This document shows, piece after piece, positions 1-12,741 of a DNA stretch of 64,000 nt (within the stretch, counting starts at the first letter, position 1; each line of letters starts with the position of its first letter). A program made the translations under genes and the position numbers. This DNA is from Azolla caroliniana (taxonomy: Eukaryota; Plantae; Polypodiophyta). The stretch spans positions 12,958,001 through 13,022,000 of the forward strand of contig JBHGNT010000011.1 in the NCBI GenBank assembly GCA_043228905.1. Direction: 5' to 3'. The notes below the pieces were generated by a model that saw only the letters and a list, made by a program, of their open reading frames with translations, made no database searches and had not been told where the DNA came from.

Positions 1-689
1 CCTAGGAGTATGTGGTATGAAGTAGTGGGGGTGGTGGCTAGCTTCTCAACTTGCACTAGGAATGGCCTCATGAATGTTGCTCAACTTGTTTGTCAATACA
101 AGTTCAAATGTCTAGCTAGGTATGATATTTTACAAGCGATGATTGTCTTGGTTTGTCTTGCCTTGTTTAGTTCTAAGGCCTCCAAACATAAGTGGGGTCA
201 TCATTGTTATTGATCATTGCACCATGGCCATCATTAGAGACTTGCTAACTTGTTTGGTTTTTTCAGCCACAATTTATTGCTTTAGTATGCTAATAGTGTT
301 TTACATAACAAAAATCACCCTTGAACTCTATTCGATTGAGCTTGCCTAGGTCATCTATCATAAATACTTATTTGGGTATAATTATGGTTTCCATAAGATG
401 GAAGGAGAACACCAATTTTACTCATATTTATAGTACGATTATTTTCCGTACTGAGTGTATGGTTTAGATATTGATTTCATGGTGTATAATGTAAATTTAT
501 GGGAGAGTGCTTGTATGTGTGTGAAAATGGATATAAATATCACATGACATCATGGTAATTGAATGGGGAATGTGATTTGTATTATGATATTCTCATTTCC
601 AAACCTCCTAAGGTGAAACAAAGCTTCGCACAAGTGAAGCTGAAGGATGAGACACCTAATCGGATGCCAATAGAAGTAACAATAGATCA

Positions 690-694
<5 letters not shown>

Positions 695-734
<40 letters not shown>
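695..734. repeat. (GA)20 microsatellite
   Basis: Perfect GA run read directly. Confidence 0.95.
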
Positions 735-740
<6 letters not shown>

Positions 741-1849
741 TGATTGATCATTACATTGAGTATTGCGACGTGGGAAAAGGAAACTATAGTTTCTTAAATC
801 TCACTAAGGAGAATTGCAGACTACCTAACTACACTCGGGTTTTAGGTGTTGGTGAGTCTCGAAAAGAAAGTGATTCCTCTTTTGATGCATTTGCAATTTT
901 TTATGGGGTACATTCTTTATTGGCAAGGTATTTTTTAGTAGAAAATTGCGACTTTGCATGATCGCAAACATTATTATAATGAACACATAATCAAACCCAT
1001 TGCTTGAGATTTGAATCCACAACCTCGAGTTCCAAAACACTAACTTTAAATCGAAGAAGTTTAATAAGGTGAGCTCATGAATCCATATTTATTTTAATAA
1101 GGCGAGCTCGTGGATTTATATTTAAAATTGAAGGCTTTGAATATAATAAGGTCGTGAATCTACAAGCAATAATTTGTTCGAGGTGGAGAATCGGGACATC
1201 TAGAATATTGCATATGATGTATAAAGACGGTTTTATCACATTGTGCTTTAGCGCACAATATAGTGTTTGTTATTATATTCAAATACATGTAGATAGTGTT
1301 GCATGATACATAGATACCTATTGGTGATTGCCGATCACTCTTTGTGTGTATTGATTGGTTGCTCTTTTATGTGACAAATGGGAAGTATGTTGATTTGTGG
1401 AATTCAATATTAATTCTTGTTTGCCCTCTCGTCTTCTTGTTTCTTGTGCTTGCTTATTCAATGTTTTTCCTTCTGGAATTGAAACTCGTATAACTACAAA
1501 TATACATATTCTCTAGTTTGGAATATGAAGTCTCAACTTCATCCTACACAAGGGTTCCTTTACTCTTCCATCTTCACACAAACTAATCCCTCAAAGTTAC
1601 GTTTAGAATATTATCATTCTATCTCACCAATTGACAATAATAGAGAGCCATTGCACTTTGATGAAATCAACAATTAGTCGTCATGGAGGACAACTAAAGT
1701 AGTTGCTTTCTGTGGAAGGAAATCAAAATTGAATAAGATAACATTCAATCAAAATGTTTGTTTTCAAACTCTCAAGCTTGAATGCAACCTGATCATTAGA
1801 ACAATGACATGTTTAAATTCAATGAATACTATCAATGTAAATGATCTTA

Positions 1850-3250
1850 GGTACATGGAAGGGAAAATACTTTGTGGCCATCACCTAAAATTGATTTGGA
1901 TTTACCTTCCACACAAATGTTCGCAAGACAAAACAAGAATTTCTAGTTGAGAGGATAATTTGACATGATGCGGAAACTTGAAATTTGAGAACAAGTAATC
2001 TTTTTCAGGTTCGTGGATTCAGTAACCATTTTTTTGCATCCTAATTTGAATGTCTGCCTCATGTGGACGACTTCACTTCATATATCCATCCAACTTGACA
2101 TGAAATACTCATGAAAATTTTAAACTTTTGATAAGATGCATGCCCATTTCTCCATTTCACGTTGAAAAGGGAAAAATAATTTATCACAAAATTTCAAAAT
2201 ATTGTGGCATGGCCATGGACCCGCCTCCACGTAGGCCCCATGTGGCACATCATGCAAGGAGCCACAACTCCACATCATCACAAGAACCACGTAGGCCCTA
2301 CGCGGCACATGTAAGGAGCGACAACTCCACAATTCCACATCATCACAAGAACACCTATCCTAACAAGAGGAAACTAATCTGGGCTAGGGTAAACTCCCCT
2401 ACCATGGTTAAGCAATCACCAACCAAGGTTAGGTTGGGTAACTGTATCACGCTTAAATAACATATTGGATGGATGGAAAGTATCAGATTTTGGGGTACAT
2501 CACAATATGTCTTCTCATTGCTTAATTGGATGTAGTCTCTCCTGCACTAGGTCATCAGAAGATTATTACACAAACACTTACCGTAAATCGTAGCTTTCAT
2601 CAATGAAATGGTGTTCCCAAGCTTCATCAAGCCACACGAGATCTACATTAAATAAGTAACCCAAGTCCATGAGCCCCAACAAGCTCACTAATAATCTAAT
2701 AATGTCTAAGATGACAATATAAAAACAATTATCTGTTTTGAACCCAATATCTTCACAATCAAAGTTGAGAACGACAAAGATGTTGATTTTTTCAAAAGTT
2801 CCATTAATTCATTCTTTTCCATTTTGGGGATGTACTTGGAGGAAAGCCATATCCTTGTTAACCCATATCTTAGGGTGATGAAATGTAATGAAATTACAAA
2901 ATGTAGGGATTTGATGCATGTTTATTCAGCCTATGTCAAACAACTTTCCCAATTGACCTACATCCATATGGTCTTTTTTATATCCCTCATGAGATCTAAC
3001 ATAACGTGCACACATAATATATCACACAATGTTTAATATGCATAGATAAGGTAAAGGTGGAATAATGAATCACCTTTTAGTCATTGAGCCAATACAATCT
3101 CACCTCTAAACATGGGAACCAACGACACATAAGTTGACCTAGGCTCCAATACAACACCCAATGAATGTGGGAAGCAAAGGTAGTCAAGTAATAAACTCCA
3201 TGAATGAGAACAATTGTCTAATGTACATCCAATATAGATTACATTTACAC
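1850..3250 (+). pseudogene. Possible very old copia integrase-region remnant
   Basis: Scattered fragments in different frames (GKYFVAIT, WIYLPHK, AFINEMVFP) resemble copia integrase motifs; no continuous ORF, boundaries approximate. Confidence 0.25.
2227..2352. repeat. Two-copy ~60-bp tandem repeat
   Basis: ccacgtaggccc...ggcacat...aaggagc..caactccaca..catcatcacaagaac starts at 2227 and 2287. Confidence 0.85.
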
Positions 3251-3310
3251 ATCATTAGTCACCACTAGTTGTTTATGGTGTTGATGCCCATCTTCATGTT
3301 TAGGGATATC

Positions 3311-3314
<4 letters not shown>

Positions 3315-3341
<27 letters not shown>
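3315..3341. repeat. (TC)n microsatellite
   Basis: Perfect TC run. Confidence 0.95.
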
Positions 3342-3528
3342 ACATATGTTACACATTCACTCTTTCACTATTTTAGACGTTATTTTTCCCCGTTTGCATT
3401 CTTTAGCTTATCAAAAATATTTTTCAGAGAGCTTTCTAATTAATGTTTAGAAAAATCATTTTGATACTGTGTTGATAAGTTATGATTGATTATCTTAGCT
3501 ATCTTTGCAACTCCATGATCTTGAAAAT

Positions 3529-3749
3529 GTTAATAAAGGAACAAAGAAAATGGCTAATGGGAAAGCAATTGATATAGCTCTCATTATAAGTGAGCTATTA
3601 AAATGGACAAATGCCGAGTACACTTTATTGGATCATGAGTATCATAGATCAAACTATTGAACAATGTTTGCCAAATGATTGTCTTATGAATTGGATTAAG
3701 CCAAATTTTAAAGTAGGAGAAAAGAATCAAGCATCAAATTATCGTACAA
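3529..3749 (+). pseudogene. Non-LTR (LINE) reverse transcriptase N-terminal remnant, cut by copia A
   Basis: Reads KKMANGKAIDIALIISELLKW, then after a frameshift PNDCLMNWIKPNFKVGEKNQASNYRT, matching the LINE RT motifs GKA.G.D....ELLK and P.FK.GD.....NYR.I. Confidence 0.7.
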
Positions 3750-4141
3750 TGTTGAGGATCAAGCTCAACTTGGTCTAGTGTGTGAACTCACCTTGAGAGT
3801 GAAAAGACACTCCAACGGTCAAGAGTCACCTTTAAGTCACCTCTTTGTATTCTAACATTTAGTATGAGTCATAGAATCATATTCTATGACACATAACTTA
3901 TGAGCTTTCACATTCCCCATGCTCCATGAGCCTTGTAGTTAATGAAGAGAGAGGGTGACTATATAAAGCACCCTCCTCCCACCTTGTATTGTGTTGAGTC
4001 TTTCTCCTTTGTTAATACAATCTACCTTTCGTATACTCTGTGTCTTACTCCTCGTCTCACTCTCTCTCTCACTCTCTCTCTCATACACACACATAACTCA
4101 CATCTCTTCCGCTTCACAAGAATCATACCCGATTCTTTACA
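3750..4141 (+). repeat. 5' LTR of copia A
   Basis: TG...CA ends, TATATAAA near 3960, CT-rich stretch, PBS follows. Confidence 0.85.
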
Positions 4142-4153
4142 TGGTATTAGAGC
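4142..4153 (+). promoter_or_regulatory. PBS (tRNA-iMet) of A
   Basis: TGGTATTAGAGC, one mismatch to TGGTATCAGAGC. Confidence 0.85.
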
Positions 4154-4300
4154 GATTTGGTAGCTCGATCTAGCCCATTCGCCTCATCGTGATCGTGTGT
4201 TGTGCTCCATGCTAACGACCAAGAACCGGCTCATCGCTATCATAGCTTCGCTACATAGCTCGCATTCGAAGAGAGAAGAAGAAGAAGAAGAATCGACATA

Positions 4301-4875
4301 ATGAATACTCAAATGGGGAGCGCTCTCCCTACCGAGAAGTTAGATCGAAACAACTTCGCATCTTGGGAGTACAAGATGCACCAATACCTTGTCGGACAAG
4401 GCTATTGGAGCTACATCAAAGGAGCGCATGAAGACCGACCCGCCGAAGCAGCTCCCGGATACGCAACATGGGAGCAAGCTGCAAGCCGCGTGATATATTG
4501 CTTGGCGACATGTGTTCACGATCACATGCTCGGCTACATTCACGAAGTCAAGACGCCGAAGGAGGCATGGGAAAATCTACGAAAGATTTTCGCGGCGAAC
4601 ACAACCGCAAGAAGGCTTCAACTCCGCCAAGAGTTGAACAACATTCAATAAAGGGACATGTCCATCACGACATACACCTCGAAGATCAAGAAGCTTTGCG
4701 ATTCGCTTGGCTCAATAAGCGTAAATATCGATGATGATGAAATGGTTCAAATATGCCTCGGTGGCCTCGCACCACGGTTCAGCGCGATGCGAACCGCCGT
4801 TCTAGCACGGGAGAAATCTCCCTTCTTCTTCGAGCTCCAATCAATGCTATTGGTCGAAGAAAATCACATGCGTAC
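4301..4875 (+). pseudogene. gag: Copia A gag, premature stop at 4649, truncated
   Basis: EKLDRNNFASWEYKMHQYL...TPKEAWENL...ICLGGL, copia Gag pattern. Confidence 0.85.
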
Positions 4876-5697
4876 TGACAGGAAAACACGCTCCCGATGA
4901 ACAACGCTCGGCCACAACCGAGCTTAGAATCATAAAACACAGAAAAACGGGGAAAGAAGGTATGACACAGTGAGGAGAAGAGTACATAGGATGTTTACAT
5001 GGAAAACCCAAATACGGGAAAAACCACGGCAGCCCACAGACTGCAAACTATCACTATGTCAGAATGTACAAAATGGTAAAGCACCGAGGCAACGACCTCG
5101 AGCTTTCTATCTTCGCCATAGGCGGCGGTTACAACAGAGGCAACAACCTCTTCCTCTCTCTCAGTTTCTCTGTACACAGTTGCACGCTCTAATCTTGCGC
5201 CAACAATAACAACAACATCACAGACATAAACAACAGTTTGCCCTAAGTCATATTTATACTAAAATGACTTTTCGGCTATTTACAAATATAGCCCCGATGG
5301 ACTCTCAAAAACATATTTATGAATATGTCCATTCATCCGGTGAGCACTCTTCACCGGGCCTGCATCATCCGGCGAATGCCGGGTACTCGTCATCCGGTTC
5401 TCACCGGGTCATCCGTAGCCGGGTACTCCTCATCCGGTTCTAACCGGGTCTTCATCATCCGGTTCTCTGTAGCCGGGTACTCTTCATCCGGTTCTAACCG
5501 GGTCTTCATCATCCGGTTCTCTGTAGCCGGGTACTCTTCATCTGGTTCTCACCGGGTCTGCACCATCCGGCTCTCTGTAGCAGGGTACTCTTCATCCGGT
5601 TCTCACTGGGTCTGCACCATCCGGCTCTCTGTAGCTGGGTACTCTTCATCCGGTTCTCATCGGGTCTTCACCATCCGGAGGGACCTGTTTCCTAACA
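4876..5697 (-). repeat. 3' LTR of B with CCGG-rich tandem array
   Basis: TGACAGG...CCTAACA, homologous to 13640-14311. Confidence 0.9.
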
Positions 5698-5707
5698 AAC
5701 TCCCCTT

Positions 5708-8700
5708 TCACTCCGGCATGGGATGTCTTACTAGTCCGACCCGCTTCCGACATGCATCCAACTTGTTAGGTGTCAGTACTTTGGTCAGCATATTTGACCC
5801 GTTCTCGGCCGTGTGGATCTTTGTCAGTGCGAACTCCTAGTCATCTACTCTTTCCCGAATCCAGTGATACCTTCGCTGGATATGCTTCGTCCGGGAATGG
5901 TAGGCCGCATTCTTAGCAAGGTGGATGGCACTTTGACTGTCGCAATAGAGCCGGTATTCATCTTGCCGGATACCGAGCTCTCCGATGAAGTCCTTCATCC
6001 ATAATATTTCCTTGCCGGCTTCCACAACCGCCATGTACTCTGCCTTCGTGGTTGACAACGCAACTGTCTTCTACAGCCTCGACTGCCACGAAACAACTCC
6101 CCCTGCATATGTCATAACATACCCGGATGTAGACTGGCTGGTATCCACATCAACTGACATGTCTGAATCGGTAAAACCGTCAAGTTGAGGTTTTCCGGAG
6201 CCGAATCGGAGACACATGTTCGAAGTGCCCTTCAAGTACCAGAGTATCCATTTGACTGCGTTCCAGTGCTCCTTGCCGGGATTGCTCATAAACCGGCTCA
6301 CCACTCCGACTGCGTATCCTATATCTGGTCGGGTACACACCATTGCGTACATTAAGCTCCCGACAGCAGAGGCATATGGAACCTTCATCATATCCGCCTT
6401 CTCTGCTTTCGTCTTCGGGCTTTGCATACCGGATAACCTGCAGCTTTCTAGAAGTGTCGATCCGACCGGTTTCGCATATGACATGTTGAACCGATGAAGT
6501 ACCTTTGTCACGTACTTCTCCTGTGACAACCACAGTTGCTTCGTTGGCCGGTTCCGGATGATATGCATCCCCAACATCTGTCTTGCCGAACCCAAGTCTT
6601 TCATTGAGAAGGTCCGGTCGAGAGTCTTCTTCAGCATCCGTATTTTGGCTTGGTCCCGTCCGACGATCAACATGTCGTCCACATATAGAAGGAGTATCAG
6701 GAAGTCGCCTCCTTCGAACTTCTTCACAACACGCAGTGATCGGCCTGCGTCTTGTGGTACCCTTGATCGGTCATGAAGGAGTCGAACTTCCGGTACCATT
6801 GTCAGGGAGCTTGCTTCAGTCTGTACAAGCTCTTCTTCAACCGGCATACCAGGTGCTCCTTCCCTTTCTCCACGAATCCTTCCGGTTGCTGCATTTAGAT
6901 CTCCTCTTCGAGGTCACCGTGAAGGAATGTCGTCTTCACGTCCAGCTGTTCTACCTCGAGGTCCATGCTTGCTGCTATACTCAGCACCGTCCGGATGGAG
7001 GTCATCTTTACTACCGAGGCAAATATCTCGTCGAAGTCCACGCCCTTCTTCTGTTGGAACCCCTTCACCACGATCCTGGCTTTGTATCTCAGGGGGTTGC
7101 CGGCATCTCCCGATTTCATCTTGTACATCCACTTGTTTCGGAGTGCCCGCTTTCCTTTCGGCAACTCCACCAATTCGTACGTATGGTTCTCATGCAGGGA
7201 ATCCATCTCATCCTGCATGGCACTTAACCATTTTCGGCTGTGGGTGTCATCCTTCGCTTCTTCGAAGCTTTCTGGCTCCCCCTCATCGGTTAGCAGCACA
7301 TGCTCTGCATCCGAAAATCTCCGGGGGGGCCTTCTCTCTCTGAGATGATATCTCCGTCTCTGGGCTTCGGTAACCGGCTCCTCCATTTGCTTTTCATCTG
7401 AATCCGATTCGAGGTCTTGGCTGGTTCCGGTTTCAGCTTCCTCTACTTCTTCTTCTGCCGGTTCGGTATCCTCACCGTAACCGGCTGGTTCCTCGAGTGC
7501 TAACCGGTCTCTTGCCGGTTGGGTCTGCTCATCATAGAATCGATCCTTACCGGTCGACTCGGAGTTCATTATCTTCTTCTCCGACTCCCAATCGGCGAGC
7601 GTCTTGTCCTCCATGAAGATAATATCTCGACTCCGGAATACCTTCTTGTCGACCGGGTCCCACACTCGGTAGCCGAACTCATCGTCTCCGTAACCGAGGA
7701 ATATGCATGGCCGGGTCTTTGGATCTAACTTTCCTCTCCGGTCCTTAGCTACATGCACGTATGCGAGACACCCGAACACCTTCAGATGCCGGTAGGACAC
7801 TTCCTTACTGGTCCATACTCTCTGTGGCATGTCTCTGTTCAAGGGTACTGAGGGTGATCTGTTTATCACATATGTCGCCATTGATAGTGCCTCAGCCCAA
7901 AACTTCTTGGGTAGTTTTGCATGCGCTAGCATATACTCCGGACCCTCTCCATTATGGTTCGGTTCATCCTCTCGGCCAGCCCGTTTAGTTTCGGCGTCTT
8001 CGGCACGGTAAATTCGAGCCGGATTCCCTTCGTGCGACAGTACTCCTCGAACTACCCTCGGTATTCAACTCTGTTATTTGCTTGAACCGCCTTCAGCTTC
8101 CGGCCGGTTTCTCTTTCCACTCTCGCGTGGAACTCTTTGAAGAAGGATAACACCTGATCCTTCGTGTTCAATGGTGTGGCCCACAGCTTCCAGTTGTGGT
8201 CATCTATGAACGTCACGAAGTACTGCGATCCTGCATGTGACTTCGTGTCCAATTGACACACATCAGAATGCACCAACTCTAGTGGTGCATTACGTCTCAT
8301 CGGTAGCCTTGGTCGAAAGGAGGTCCGGTTTTGCTTTCCGGCCAGACAATCAGTGCACTTCTCCACGTGCACGTTCTTCACTGGAATGAGGTTGTCGTCT
8401 GCAAGCCTCTTCATCCCCTTCTTGCTCATGTGACACAGCCTCTTGTGCCACAGCTCACCGGCAGTGTCAGATGCCACGTTCACTTCCTCCGGACATAACT
8501 GGGCATTCATCAGGTACAATGTGTTTACCTTCTGGGCCCGAGCCACAATCAGGCTCCCTTTGCTGAACTTCATAACACCGTTCCAGATGCTACCCGTGTA
8601 GCCTTCATCATCTAGCCGACCGGCTGATATCAGGTTTAGACGAACCTCCGGAACGTGTCAGACATCCTTCAACAACATCTTGCATCTGGTTGGTGTTGTC

Positions 8701-8891
8701 AACCACACGTCTCCTATGCCGACAATTCGGCATGTACCTTCATTCCCCATCCGGACACAACCGTGATCACCGACTGAGTAGGATGAGAAGCATTTCCTGT
8801 CTGGGGTAAGGTGGAACGACGCTCTGGAGTCGACCACCCAGGTCATCTCGTCGCCGGCAAGGTTTATCTCACTCTCCTCGGTGATGAGCAT
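5708..8891 (-). pseudogene. pol: Copia B pol (protease, integrase, RT, RNase H), frameshifted
   Basis: WVVDSRASFH, LWHKRLCH, FIDD, LLYVDD, YCDSQSAI; several stops and frameshifts. Confidence 0.92.
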
Positions 8892-9282
8892 TGTAAAAAG
8901 TAACGTGCGGAAGCAAGTATGAAGACAGAACAGAAGGAAGAACAATCAGGTTTAATGGAGAGCTTGAGCTTACGCAGTATACACGGGAGAGACAGAGAGA
9001 GTGAGAGAGAAAACACAAGAACTATATTAAAGACTCTATTCACCACACTCTATACATATGTGTGTTTTATGAACACTTTTATACAAGTCCTCAAAGGACT
9101 GACCGAAGTACTGACCGTACTTCAATGCTCTTTAAGAGCTCCTACACTAACTCCCAAATATATTCCTCATGGAATATCTTTCCTAACGGCCTCCTGGTTT
9201 ACGCACTCGGCCTAACCGATCGGTCCCAACCAATCCGGTCCTCGGCTTCTTCAGCCGATCCGGCCGATGTTGAGCTTGTCTC

Positions 9283-11953
9283 TCAACACTCCCCCTCAAG
9301 CTCAACTCGAGGCTCTTCGGGATCCTGGGGCTCACAACTCCGGTTCCTCCTGGCTTCACGCCTCGCTCGGGCTCCTCGACCTGTTCGACTCCGCACGCTT
9401 CGACCCTTCCGGTCGGCTTGTCTGCTCATGCGGCCCTTATCAGCTCTTCTGCTGTTGCGGTGTTGACGCTTCTCCTGCTGCCTTTTCCTCCGCTTGGGCC
9501 TCGGTTGATTTAGCGTATCTGAATCAAACATCCGAACCGACTCGGCTACCTCCGATTGGTTTTCGCTCCCGTCCGAGTTGGCTGTCTCCAACTCGTCTTC
9601 GGTCTTCTCGCCCTCGATGGCGTCATCTTCCCCATGCGTGGTTGGCTTCGGCTCTCTCCTTCGGTTGCTCCCCTTCTGTCCTCTTCCGAACTTTTCCGCG
9701 GGTCCGCCCTCAGCTTCTTCAGCCGATCCGAAGTCGAACTCGTCAACCGACTCGGTGGTGTCGTGGTCTCTACTCCTTTCCTGCTGCCTTGGGACTGTTC
9801 TCCCCCTCAAGTTTGGCACGTCTAGGTGACGCAATCCGAGCGCACCTGAGAATTGCCGCAACTTGTCCAGACCAAGAGGCTTGGTGAAGATGTCGGCAGT
9901 CTGCCGATCCGTCGGAACGTACTGAAGTTCGACTTCACCGGAAAGGACACGCTCACGGACGAAATGGTAGTGCACCTCAATGTGCTTGGTCCGTGCGTGG
10001 AAGACGAGGTTCTTCGTGAGTTGGATGCTGCTGAGGTTGTCGCAGTAGATCGTTGTTGGATCGGACACCTCCTCTTGCAGGTCCTTAAGTAGCCGCTTCA
10101 ACCATATGGCTTCGCATGTCGCGACAGCCGCTCCTCGGTACTCAGCTTCGGTGCTCGACAGTGCAACTGTCCGCTGCTTCTTACTGCTCCACGCGATCGT
10201 GGCACTCCCGAGGGAGAACGCGTATCCAGACGTGGATCGGCGATCGGCGGCGTTGCCAACCCAATCAGCATCGGTGTAGCCGACTAACTGCGCGGCTGCA
10301 CCGGTCCGATATAGCAGCCCCCGGTCCTTAGTGCCGTTGACATACTAAAGTATGCGTTGCGCACACTGAAGGTGCTCCTCGGTAGGTCGCGCCATGAACT
10401 GACTGATCACTCCAACCGGATAACTGAGGTCGGGTCGGGTGATGGTCAAGTATATGAGGCTTCCGACAATTTGTCAGAACCTCGTCGGGTCGCATACCTT
10501 TCCCGTATCAGGACGAAGCTTGACGGTTCTGTCCAGAGGAGTCGAGACGGACTTACAATCGGCCATCCCGAATTTGAAGAGCATACTCAACACGTAATGA
10601 CGTTGGCTGATCAATATGCCTTCGGGGGTACGGATCACTTCGATCCCGAGGAAGTAATGAAGGTCCCCCAGATCCTTCATGTCGAACGATGCCGCAAGCT
10701 GGAGCTTCACGCGGTCGATTTCACCTAGGTCGGCGCCTGTGATGACCAAGTCATCAACATATAGTAAAATACTAACCGGTCCGAGTTGACCTTTCCGGAT
10801 GAACAGGGAAGAGTCCGATTTTGACGTGACGAAGCCCATCCGACGCAGTTGTTGCGTGATCTTCGCGTTCCAGGCACGTGGGGCTTGCTTCAGTCCATAA
10901 AGGGACTTCTTTAGTCGACATACTGCTGAGGAGTTCGTTCCGGAGTGAAATCCGGGGGGCTGTACCATGTACACTTGTTCCTCAAGGTCACCTTGCAGGA
11001 ACGCATTCTTTACATCCATCTAATGTAGGTGCCACCCCTTGGCCGCGGCTACAGCGAGCAAAACACGGACGATCGTCATTTTCGCGACCGGCGCAAACGT
11101 CTCATCGTAGTCAATGCTGTGTTTCTGTGCGTAGCCCTTTGCCACTAGACGAGCCTTGTACCGGTTGACCGAGCCATCAGTGTTGTACTTGACTTTGTAC
11201 ACCCATCTACACCCGATCGGTTTTACCCCTCTTGGGGCATCAACTAGGTCCCAAGTCTCGTTCTCCGCCAATGCGTGCATCTCTTCCTCCATCGCGGCAC
11301 GCCAATTCGCGTCTTTGGCCGCTTCTGCGTAGCTCTCCGGCTCACACACTTCCGCTACACAAATCATGTACGCATAATGATGCGCCATGTACTCGTTGTA
11401 TCTGAACCGCAAAACAGGGTTCTTCTAGCAGGTAGATCGGCGTAATCTAGCATTAGCCGATGTCGAGGCCTTCTCGGTCGACGCAGGCTTCACCTTTAAA
11501 GACCCGTCACGGGTTCCCTCGGAGTCGGACTCGCGTCGGTCTGACTCGTTCCTATCCGTGCCGGAATTCGACACCTTCTTCTTCCCTTTCTCTTTGCGCG
11601 TAAGCCGTCTCCTCGGCTTCCTGCGCGGGGAATGCACGGCTGAGTCCCCACTACTCGCCGGCTCTTCATCGGACTGGTCTACTGACTCAGTCGTCCAATC
11701 GGTCCACTTAAACGGAGTGAAATCGGACTCTCTTCGCGGGTCTCGATTTCGGGCTCATCCGGAGGCATCTCGGCCTCTCTGACCTCATCATCAGAGCTCG
11801 GATTGGAGTCGGGGGCTAGTACCAGGACGCGGACTCGTCAAACACAACGTCGCGACTGACACGTGCTTGTTTGGTGCAAGGGTTATAGCACTTATAACCC
11901 TTCTGCTCGTCTGAGTAACCGACCAAGATGCATTTCTCGGCCTTTGCGTCTAG
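9283..11953 (-). pseudogene. pol: Copia C pol 3' half (integrase C-terminus, RT, RNase H, long C-terminal tail)
   Basis: LDAKAEKCILVGY, MDVKNAFLQG, LLYVDDL, YCDNLSSI, ADIFTKPL; internal stops. Confidence 0.9.
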
Positions 11954-12720
11954 TGTTGGGAGACAGGTCCCTCCGGATGGGGAGTACCCGACTGCGGAGA
12001 GCCGGATGGTGCAGGCCCGGTATGAACCGAATGGGGAGTACCCGACTGCGGAGAGACGGATGGTGTAGGCCCGGTATGAACCGGATGGGGAGTACCCGAC
12101 TGCGGAGAGCCGGATGGTGTAGGCCCGGTATGAACCGGATGGGGAGTACCCGACTGCGGAGAGCCGGATGGTGTAGGCCCGGTATGAACCGGATGGGGAG
12201 TACCCGACTGCGGAGAGCCGGATGGTGTAGGCCCGGTATGAATCGGAGGAAGAGACATATTCGTAAATATGTTTTTGAGAGCCCATCGAGGCTACATTTG
12301 TAAATAGCCGAAAAGTCATATTAGTATAAATATGACTTAGGGCAAACTCTTAGGGTGTTGTTATTTTTTGTTGTTGTTATTCTTCCTTGTTGGTGCAAGA
12401 AGAAGAGAGAGCGCGTAACTGTACAGAGAGAGAGAGAGAGAGACGAGGTCGTTGCCTCTGTTGTAACTGCCGCCTGTGGCGAAGATCTGTGAGCACGAGG
12501 TCGTTGCCTCAGTGAACTCACTGTTGTATATTCCTACATAGTGACAGTTTGCAGCCTGTGGGCTGCCGTGGTTTTTCCCTTATTTTGGGGTTTTCCACGT
12601 AAACCTCCTGTGTACCATTTCTCCCCTTTGTGTCGCGTTTCATTACCTGTTTTTTCTGTGTATGAAAAGAATCTCGGTTGTGGCCGAGCGTCAGACATAA
12701 GGAACGTCGTGTTCTCAACA
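11954..12720 (+). mobile_element. Solo LTR of the B family without TSD, inside C
   Basis: TGTTGGG...CTCAACA is the reverse complement of B-type LTRs; flanks TCTAG and TGTTG differ. Confidence 0.9.
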
Positions 12721-12741
12721 TGTTGAGCTTGTCTCTCAACA

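Larger units (their letters stand above)
3750..4875 (+). mobile_element. Ty1/copia element A, 5' part only (LTR, PBS, partial gag)
   Basis: LTR TGTTG..TTACA 3750-4141, PBS directly after, gag from 4301; ends at the B LTR at 4876. Confidence 0.9.
8892..12741 (-). mobile_element. Ty1/copia element C nested in B, TSD AGCAT, 5' half deleted
   Basis: AGCAT at 8887-8891 and 12742-12746; 3' LTR 8892-9288; only 21 bp of the 5' LTR remain (12721-12741); B resumes seamlessly at 12742. Confidence 0.9.

Noticed and set aside
10-3036. Short ORFs in the AT-rich left flank as host genes
   Set aside because: No recognisable domains or convincing exon structure; small exons cannot be excluded by eye
5319-5840. 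Repeat-protein ORFs (IRLSVAGYSSSGSHRV)n here and at 11816, 41206 and 60236
   Set aside because: A by-product of a stop-poor 54-bp LTR repeat that is open in several frames and on both strands
11972-12247. Regularly spaced palindromic repeats resembling a CRISPR array (also in other B-family LTRs)
   Set aside because: The intervening sequences are themselves repeated, there are no unique spacers or cas genes, and the arrays lie inside LTRs
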